Shown: piece after piece, positions 55,326 through 64,000 of the stretch
Position numbering within the stretch: position 1 is the stretch's first letter
Layout of the letters: each line of letters opens with the position of its first letter
Assembly (NCBI GenBank): GCA_044892525.1
Contig: CM097886.1
Location: 32,178,001 to 32,242,000 of the forward strand
DNA: 64,000 nucleotides
Reading direction: 5' to 3'
DNA from: Schmidtea polychroa
Taxonomy: Eukaryota
The notes under the pieces: model-generated
What the model was told of the DNA's origin: nothing
Database searches by the model: none
The model's input: only the letters and a program-made list of their open reading frames with translations
Made by a program: the position numbers and the translations under genes

Positions 55326-55696
55326 AAATAATGAATGCTGCTATCAAGAAATCATTAGTTTATATTTTTTCAAAATAATTGTTCAAAACACACTTTTTAA
55401 AAAAATATCTCTAAAGGTTTCAGGTGACCCTTGTTAGGTTCATAACTCATTGGCTGAGAACTACTAACATAAACCAAATTCGAATAAATGAAAATAATTC
55501 ATAATTTATTAATATTAAAGTGATTCTTAATTTATTTTAATGTTTCAAATATTATAAAAATTATCTTTTAAAATTTTATCTTATTCTCAAATATATGAGT
55601 ATATCTAAATGAAAACTTTAATTTCACTAGTTTTATATCATGATTATATGATGAACTTTGGTTCGGGAGAAATTTTATAAACTATAATCTTTTTAG

Positions 55697-55894
55697 AACC
55701 GGAAACACCCTCGTTACCATCCAAATCATCGGGTCAAGAAGACGGCCAGAAAATGTTTTTAATAACAACAGTTATTCCAGTCTGTGCGTTCACAATATGC
55801 ATACTTTTTGTTGCACTTATGATTGCACTTTGCATGAAAAGACGGAACTATTCTGGATACATGAAAGCCAGTCAAAATAGTCAATTGGGGCCAG
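55697..55894 (+). CDS. Dystroglycan-like exon, juxtamembrane region and transmembrane helix
   Basis: MFLITTVIPVCAFTICILFVALMIALCMKRR matches DAG1 '[30 protein letters not shown]'. Phase 1 at both ends. Confidence 0.9.
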
Positions 55895-56239
55895 GTTATC
55901 TTTTTAAATTTCTTAGGGAAAGGAGTTATATTTAAAATTCTAAGAAGTTTTATTGCAAAAATAAGGATTGTAAACATAATACTAGGAATTTCAAGAATAC
56001 TATACTGACTCAGAATAAATTCATTTTTCTTCATTTAGTTTTCACGTATAGATCAATATTTTTATTTGACGAACACTGCTGTTTTGAAGTGTTACTTCAT
56101 TAAAATTGAAGAAATATTCAACTAACTGTTAACATCAATAAAAAAGCCTTTTTGTATTTTATTTCTTTATATTATTAATTCCTATATGGTTTGTAGTAAA
56201 TCCGAATCAATGTCACCAGATCAGCACTGATATTTTTAC

Positions 56240-56460
56240 AACTTTATTATAAGTAGGCCAACCCAAAAATAGGAAAACTTCTAGCTTTTAAACTCTCTAT
56301 ATTAACTTCACTTTGAATGTATGTTTGAATGTTTGTATGAGCATACAAATCTTGTTACGCTAAATTGACCCATGATAGGATTGAGCTGAAATTTGGCAGA
56401 TTGATTCATCGTCGAGAACAATGCATTCTTTCAAAATTTCAGATCGATCGAAGGTACTAT
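56240..56460. mobile_element. Helentron/HINE-like non-autonomous segment
   Basis: ctttattata start, a short gt-rich microsatellite, and aaatttggcaga / aaatttcagatcgatcg motifs typical of DINE-1-like repeats. Confidence 0.4.
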
Positions 56461-56667
56461 AATTAACCTATTTGAATATTTTCAAAATTTATATAGTAAA
56501 ATATTTTCATTGTCAAAAAATGTTGATAAAGTGTGAAATATTCAGAATTACAAAAATATAGACATCACATATAGATATAAATGTAGATATCACAACGCAA
56601 AATGATCACATTATAAAAACTTCAAATTTCACTACTGATTTCTTTTCCATTGACATTGTAATTATTA

Positions 56668-56738
56668 AAAAGCTTGACTATAAATCAGTAAATATATCAA
56701 AAACATCGATATATTTACTGATTCATAGTCAAGCTTTT
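56668..56738. repeat. Hairpin repeat, family B
   Basis: aaaagcttgactat.aatcagtaaatatatc / inverse. Related copies near 36905-36985 and 27170-27210. Confidence 0.8.
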
Positions 56739-57994
56739 CAATAAATTATCACATTACTTATCTGATCATTTTTTGTTTCTTTTTTAAATCCTTGGTATCA
56801 ACTTCATTGGCTTTGAGCCTATGTGGCACTCAAATCTTATGAGGGCTAATTAACCCACTCCCAGCCATTCGATCAAGCCGAAACATTGATGGATTGACTC
56901 ACTAGCAATGACAATGCGTTTTATTGAATTTTGCTGCCACGGTCACACACAAATACAATAGCACATCAAATTTGTGTTAACTTGAATTTTGAAAAAAATT
57001 ATGAATTTCAAAATGATTTGAAACCGTGAGATTTTGCATATAAAGAATTTATTATAAAAACTGTGTTTTGATGGATTCCCTGCCTGGGCTACCCTGCGCT
57101 GTCCGGGGCTATTTTGAAGATTAAAAAAATATTACAAACGGCCCCGTGCAGTGATGTTAAACTAACAAAGAAAAAGATTATTATATGAAAATGTCTCTAT
57201 TTTCTTCATTTCTGTACAAAAATCACAATCCCACTTTATCTCACCCCATCCAGACTTAGCGTACCAGGAGAATAAAATAAACAAAAGAGATTAAAAAAAT
57301 TGAAAAAAAAATAATAAACGTTCTAAAATCGTCTAAAGTCGAATTTTCATGTTATTTTTTCGAATAGAAATTTTGACATATTTTTAGAATTAGAAGTTTA
57401 TTCGGTCTTCTACGTTTTAACTTCAAAAATTAGTGTATATATCCGGACATACAAACACACATACTTTTCTTTTTATTTGTTAAATGTGTTCATCTTCTAA
57501 AGCATACAATAATTCTCATTATCTTACAATAATTTGTAGTGTAAAACGATGGAATTAAAGAACCTAAAGAGGGTAGTAAATATAGTACATAAAGAAAAAT
57601 ATTTCCTTTTAATGTATTGCTAATGTATTAAATACTTTTGTTCTCAACTTGTGTTGGAATATATTCTTTAATTTAAATAATAAAATTCCAGCAGTAGAAA
57701 CTAATGTCTTGGGCATGAAACTTCTTATAACTGTTTTTGGAATTCGGAAAAGAGTGTGGTTTGTAGTGCCTTAGTTTTCTTAGTTTATTAATTTGCACAG
57801 TATCCTACAATCGTTGCAATTTTATACAGCGTCAAAATTTACATAATTTAAAAATAAAAGGTGAAACTGTCCAAAATAATAAAATACATCGAAAGCCCCT
57901 AAATATCCAAAAAAAACAACTCTTAAAATGTTAGTAGTACAGAAAAGTTATCAACTTTTTTAACAACTTTTTAAACATTTATTTTATTAAAAAC

Positions 57995-58968
57995 ATTAAT
58001 GTGTACCGGAAAGTATTGAATTATATCCAAAATCTGGATTGTGAAGTTGATGAAACTCATTTAAAATATTGCAGTTTTTTGCCAATGGATGAGGGCAATT
58101 GAAGCTACTATAAATACTAGTGACTTGCTTACGTCATTAGTTAAGCCTGACCCCCATCAATGCATACAGGAATTTTTGGATAAGCTCACCTCTTCGTGGT
58201 CAACCGTCCAGAAAGAAGGTTGGAAAGGTGAATTTGGCTTCCTCGCGATATTTCTGGAAACAATAAAGCACAAAGACAAAAAATTTTATTGCTTTGTTAA
58301 CCAGACAAAAAATGACTCCTTTTATATAGAATTGTTCCCGGTGTTGAAAGTGGGTTTTCTATTCAAATACTAAACGAAAAAAGGCAATGGCTTTCTCTCG
58401 AACAAACACCGATTCCGACACCCAAAGAAGGTTCTTTTATGCATTTGGTGCGAATGTGTTGGCATAATCTATTATTAGTTCATGCAACCTGGCCAGCTTG
58501 ATATAGCAGGCATTTATTGTAAAAATATTTACTGGCTCAAGTCTGGGTTTATCATCTCTGTGACCAGTATTATCAATCGGAAACGGGTAATCCTGCAATT
58601 TGATAGAACAAGACTGCATACGGCTATAACTACCAAGGAGTAAATCATGTAGCTGAGCTGAGAACTCTTATAACATCCTCAGTATTTGCCTGCCATAGCT
58701 TCTTCAGATAATCATCAATTCTACTCTTTGAAACCTTATTTGAAAAACAAGATATTCAGGAGTTTCGAAGATGTTCATTCTGGCTTAATAGCTTTTTTAG
58801 GTAGAAAGATGGAAATTTTCAAAAATTTATTTGAAAGCTTCCGGAATGTTGGCAAATCATTATTAAAAATGATGGAAATTACATAATTGATCAACATGTA
58901 TTTTTTCTAATAAAATAAATGTTTTAAAAGTTGTGAAATAATAATTAATTACTTTCCGGTACTCTTAA
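57995..58968 (+). mobile_element. Decayed mariner element with imperfect TIRs
   Basis: TIR core gtaccggaaagta / tactttccggtac. KWVFYSNTKRK...WLS; HPQYLPAIASSDNHQFYSL (YSPDLAPSDYHLF-like). Confidence 0.88.
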
Positions 58969-59058
58969 TAATTATTGAAGATAACAATATTAACGTCAAC
59001 GTAGATAAATCTTGTCCTTTTGTGAAAACGGATGCCTTTTTCAAAAATGACATTTATT

Positions 59059-59495
59059 CAGTGCTCGAAGTGAGGCGGGATAGCCGGGATATTATCCCGG
59101 CATTGATTATGTAGGCGGAATTGCATCCCGGCACTTCATTTCATATAATCTATAGGTTTATCCCGGTACTTATTTCATTTTATAGGCACACAAATACTGC
59201 AATTAAGGTCACACATAGTACATCCATATATGTATGTATATATATATTCTTTATTCTCTCTAAAATTGTTTGACACCCCCCCACATTAAAACAGGTACAC
59301 CCCCCCCATTAAAACAGGTACACCCCCTGAAACTTATGATTAAATGGGTGGACATCCCCCCCCCAAAAAAAATTTGTTGGACACCCCCCAAAGTTTTGCA
59401 ACACCCCCAACTGAAAATTTCTGCATAAAAGCCTGGAATCCCGGGTGCCACAGCATGCCTATCCCGGCACATATTTTGTTCCACTTCGAGCACTG
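59059..59495. mobile_element. hAT MITE with nested G/C-tract segment
   Basis: Perfect 14-bp TIR CAGTGCTCGAAGTG, perfect TSD CATTTATT, and repeated ATCCCGG subterminal motifs. Confidence 0.92.
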
Positions 59496-60705
59496 CATTT
59501 ATTTCAAAAGATGAGAAAGCTGCACCTGAATATAAAATTGTTAAAGAACTCTTAATTGTATTTCTTTGATGCAATGCTGCTTGAGACTTCAAATAAAAAC
59601 CACTTTTGATATATATTTTTGAAAATTCAATTTGGCTGTTATTTGGAAATCGAACAAAAAGGCGTGAATGACTTCAACCCTATTCAGTGAATGTTTTAAT
59701 CAATTCTTTTGTTTGGCGGCGAAATTTTTCTCGAAAGGGAAAAAATGCCTTTTTTTGTTCTGGCCAGGTCATTCCCTCAACTTAAATGACTTATCTAATA
59801 TTGCAAGAAGTGGATATTTGCCGGAAAGCCTACAGCATTAATCCAGCCAAGAATTTATATCACCAATTAAAGCATATTATATACAGAAAACATTTCAACA
59901 ACTAATCTCTACCACGGATGGAGAAAATTTTGAATCTATAAAAGATTTTTTGAAAAATATATAGTACCAATGGAGGATCATTGAGGGAAACGAAGCTATC
60001 CATATTAAATCATATTTGGCCAAAGATTATCAATAAGAATGATGTTACAATGATGTCGTAAGGGGTCCAAAATATTTATTTTCTTTGGAATCAATATGGA
60101 TTTGATGATTTCGTTGAATCGGGTATTTTAGAACTAATAAATTAACATGTAAATTTTCACGATAAAGATTTGGTCAACTGGAACAACAATTTCAAACAGC
60201 CAATTCAAGAATATATATCAGAAAATAGAATTTCAAATAATCGGAAACGGCTAACAACGAAGGATTTGTCTGATGTTCTTCAATATTTTGGTGTGAGATT
60301 GTACATAATTTTGCAGAAAATTATGTAAATAATTAAAATTTTTTTTGGAATTCGTGTTAAATGAAAAATAACGTGTCAAAAAATTTCTTCTTAACGAACC
60401 GTGTAAAAAAAGATTTTACTGTTAATGCTTTTTTGTGATGTCCTTAATAGATGTTCCAATACCCAAAATTTAATTTTACTTTTTACAACTTTATATATGC
60501 ATATCAATCAATTTTTTAATTATTGTATTTATGTACCTTTCAACTAATTACAAATTTAGAATTAATTTATTAACTAAAATAAAAAAATACATTTCTATAA
60601 GTAGTGTCAAAAGTAATTCAAAGTATGATATAAGAATTTTTAAAATTAAATTGAATGACAACATTAGAAATAAAAAGATTCAAATTTAATTATATTTTAA
60701 ATTAG

Positions 60706-60995
60706 GTTCTCCAGTAATTCTTCCAGATGAAATTGATCGATCATCATATCCACCATCGAAGCCACTGATTCTCCCCCACGAGAAGCCTCCATTGCCTCCA
60801 CCAGATTACAATCACGAATCAACACCAAACTTTGTCACAATGACAACTTGCTCTTACAGGGGACCTATACAAACAATGTCAAAAATGACTACAGGATTAG
60901 AAATGACTACATCATCGTTTGGTCGTCAACAAACTCCATCGATACGGAGTTCTCCGCATTCACATGACAGATTTCCTCATGGTGTTTTCGGATAA
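60706..60995 (+). CDS. DAG1: Dystroglycan-like last coding exon, cytoplasmic tail
   Basis: GSPVILPDEIDRSSYPPSKPLILPHEKPPLPPPDY matches DAG1 '[37 protein letters not shown]'. Stop TAA at 60993-60995. Confidence 0.92.
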
Positions 60996-61377
60996 CAGAA
61001 ATAGACGAATTCTATTAAATTGCGTGTTAAGCAGATCATTTATATGCTGATTAATGCCAACTGCTTGTAAACATTACTAAACTTAATGTGCAATGATCGT
61101 TACATCAAAACTCAAACCACCCGACTGGCGAAAACTAGACAATTAATAATTTACAACTTACTGTAGTTTTATAAAATTCAGTTGTTTCTACAAAGCATCT
61201 TTTTCTATTGGAACTTGTAAATAGTTGATGATTGAAATGGATTTTTTCCAATAATAATATTTGTATTATACTATTGTTTATTTATTATTATTAATAAACA
61301 TTAATTTAATTGACTCGTATGCAAATGATGGAAAAAATTTAAAAAAGCATGATTAGCCATAAATTATATTAAATAAA

Positions 61378-61767
61378 TTATTTTCCTTTTTCTTTAAAAT
61401 ATTGGCATAACTTTTCCACAGATTCTACAGCTACTGCAGGAAACATATGATCATTGTAAGTGGCCAGGACTATCAATTGATTAGTTTGCATTAAAATAAC
61501 TCCACTTTTTCCATTTTTTGCATAAATTGATTCTTTATCTGCTCGAATACATTCAAATTTTCGACCACCGAAATAGAAATCGTTTTCCCTAATTGAACTA
61601 GGTGATATAAATGATGCTATTATTGAAACAACTTGGTCTTGAGACAACGTAAATCCATTTGTAGAAGCCAATAATTTACCATCTAGGTTCTTGTCAATGA
61701 GACACGCATTGCTGACGTGACCAGTACGAAGAAGTACGTCTGTTATTAGATTTTGTAATGGATTCAT
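61378..61767 (-). CDS. PFN4: Profilin-4-like protein, 129 aa, intronless
   Basis: MNPLQNLITDVLLRTGHVSNACLI...FECIRADKESIYAK...ATYNDHMFPAVAVESVEKLCQYFKEKGK aligns end to end with remembered human PFN4 ([24 protein letters not shown]...CVRADEYSLYAK...[28 protein letters not shown]). Confidence 0.88.
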   Translation of the reverse strand: MNPLQNLITDVLLRTGHVSNACLIDKNLDGKLLASTNGFTLSQDQVVSIIASFISPSSIRENDFYFGGRKFECIRADKESIYAKNGKSGVILMQTNQLIVLATYNDHMFPAVAVESVEKLCQYFKEKGK

Positions 61768-61940
61768 ATTTTTAAAAACTGACATAACTGTCATCAAATA
61801 AATACTATAGCAACATCGCTACAATTGGATAATATTTTTGTTTCAATTAATTAACTTTAACGGCGCAACAAAATCAATTGACTCTCGAAAAAGATTTAAT
61901 TTTAACAAACATAAATTATATTGCTACAAAACATTAAATA

Positions 61941-62837
61941 TCAACGACGGTACGGATACCCCCGACTTTCCATAGGTCCACTATATCGTCTTTGAGATAA
62001 AGAATATCGTGATTCCTTATGAGCTTCGATTAAAGCTCTAGCCATAACTTCATATTCTCTATCTCTTCCAAAAGCTGAATTTCTGTTAACGAATCCACTG
62101 TTATTTCGACGAGAGAACTGATAGTGATCAATTCTCTCAGTTGGACGCCGATCATTTCGAGAGAAGTTAATAATTTGATCTCGATTACTATTTGAAAATG
62201 AAGGTTCACTATTATTAGCATTTGGAAATCTTTTATATACTGGTCTTGTGTTTGGTCTTCCTCTGTCTATTAGATGATCAATCTTAATTGTTAGTTAATA
62301 ATTATCCATACTGCTCGATTGATAACGTTCGTTATTCGTTGTTATTCTAAATGCCGGTGCTGAGTTGATCACCTTTGTATTAATACGATTATTTATTCTT
62401 GATTTACTGTTAGTATTAAAGAATTGATTTTGTCTTGGAACATTAGCTTAATACAAATCTTATTAACTGTCTTTCCATCCGCAAATTACTTACAATTTCC
62501 CGTTGATTTCTGTATATTTCTGGGAATAATTTTATTACTATTATTCATTTGCTTATTTTTTATCAATCTACTTCTAACATCTTGACGTTTATCAGAAATA
62601 TTCATATTTCTTTGAGGTAAGTTTATATTCTTTCTGTTTATAAAAGAATTTTTGGCTTTCTTAACAGCATTTCTAGCCAAAGAATTTTTATTTTTTATAA
62701 AACCAGGTTTGGATTTTTTATTTTTTCTGTCCATCTTAATTATATCATCTACAAATTTTTTACACAAATTTCATTTACACGAATAAAAATTTTAATTAAA
62801 AAACCATACCTAATGACATATTAGTTTTGTCAACCAT
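61941..62837 (-). CDS. UAP56-binding-motif (UBM) protein, UIF/FYTTD1/ALYREF-like N-terminus, 4 exons, 247 aa
   Basis: Exons 62837-62810, 62748-62494, 62446-62312 and 62266-61941 total 744 nt. Three GT-AG phase-1 introns of 61, 47 and 45 nt. Splicing gives MVDKTNMSLDDIIKMDRK, matching the ALYREF/UIF UBM 'DKMDMSLDDIIKLNR'. The rest is N/R/K/S-rich. Confidence 0.8.
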
Positions 62838-63349
62838 TTTAGCGCCTGCCATTTAATACTTTTATTATGTATTGAAAATTTTCTTATTTAATTTAATAAA
62901 ACAAATTATAATTAATCTACATACTTTCATCAATAATTAATAAAAGAAGTTGGTTTAGTAAAAATGAATTACTTTAAATTATAAAAATTAATAAGAATTA
63001 TATACATAAATTTTTATTTATTTTATTTTGCTTTTAGCGTTGTTCAAAAGCTTGTTAGAAAAAATCTAACAAATTTTATAATAAATTAATATTTATACTT
63101 CAAATTTTTGTGTGTGATGCACTTGTGTGTTATAAATTTAAAGATTTTATCACTCAAAAGTATAAAGGAAACAGTGGTTTTTAAATTTATCAGTTTGAAA
63201 TTTGTATAATGTCTATATAATATGATTGCATTGTGATTTGATCAAATTTATTAATTTTCGTCTGAGAAAGTTCGTTCAGAGGGTGTTTTGACACAATTAA
63301 AACTAATGAAATCAGTAATTCCTACGTATATTCCGAGCGAATTTGCTTT

Positions 63350-63830
63350 CTTCTTCCTTACCTGTTCTCGAAGAATCTTGCCTAATTCTTGAATTTTTAT
63401 CTTTTATAAAAAAGAATATCCATGATAGAAGCATAGCTTAGCAGGAAACTCGTTGCAGTGAATGGATAAACTTCTGCTGTTATTATGTTTCACACCGCTC
63501 GTTCCTCACTATCAATTTACAACTCTAGGGGATAAAGGAATTTATGAAACTTTATGAAACTTTAGAGTTATAGTAGAGTTTACATTGTAAGCTCCGTACA
63601 CTCTGAAGGCATTAAAAATAAACCACGGTTTAAAAAGTTGAATGCAAAAATGTCGACCATTTTATAGTTTTCCTGTATATATGGTAATAGTTGATTTACT
63701 AGCCAGCTGATAACTGATTTTCTACAAACATTTCCAGTATAAAAAATCTCGGTATTGTGAATGATAGAAATCATTCGTATATCCCTCCTTTTCAATGTTT
63801 TCCATAATTAAAATAGTATTTTTCCTATTC
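63350..63830 (-). pseudogene. piggyBac transposase C-terminal remnant
   Basis: KRRDIRMISIIH resembles 'KDKRDV.MLSTIH'. A downstream HCNEFPAKLC segment resembles the Cys-rich tail. Confidence 0.55.
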
Positions 63831-64000
63831 CTTAATGTAAAGTTTCATAAAATTTCACTTTTGCCTTTTTTAAATTATTGGGCAATCTTTGATTTCATCA
63901 TATTATTTTCCATATGCGGATTTTATTTAAAAGTAAATTCCTTGACAGTTCAAAGTTAATATTGAAGTTATCCATTTAGAGACAATGTCACTTTCCAAAG

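Noticed and set aside
61798-61815. RFX X-box upstream of PFN4 (GTTGCTATAGTATT on the minus strand)
   Set aside because: The second half-site has two mismatches to RGYAAC, which is not distinguishable from chance.

Overview
Very AT-rich animal genomic scaffold with nine N-gaps. The gene set, 43-61 nt introns and TE content fit a flatworm/planarian-like genome, but this is inference only. Three host genes can be rebuilt from splice sites that the ORF track misses. (1) A + strand dystroglycan-like gene has at least 10 phase-compatible exons from 13235 to 60995. It encodes an Ig/S6-like region, a short Thr/Pro mucin-like stretch, two Ig(CADG)-SEA-like modules, a TM helix and a PPDY-bearing tail. 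Its 5' exons and part of one Ig domain were not found. (2) An intronless profilin-4-like gene lies on the - strand at 61378-61767. (3) A 4-exon - strand gene at 61941-62837 encodes a 247-aa protein that starts with a UAP56-binding motif (MSLDDIIK) and has no visible RRM. The rest is intron filled with decayed Ty3/gypsy, hAT, piggyBac, mariner/Tc1 and MITE/foldback sequence. The most unusual object is a 2.65-kb insertion (38754-41405) that splits a gypsy gag zinc knuckle. It has a TA duplication, no TIRs, a poly(T) right end, a 21-nt terminal motif repeated internally and followed both times by a hairpin, a candidate 108-nt intron, and a 686-codon reading frame (one internal stop) with no domain I recognise. 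No rRNA, tRNA or CRISPR array was seen. All homology calls come from remembered motifs, not database searches.
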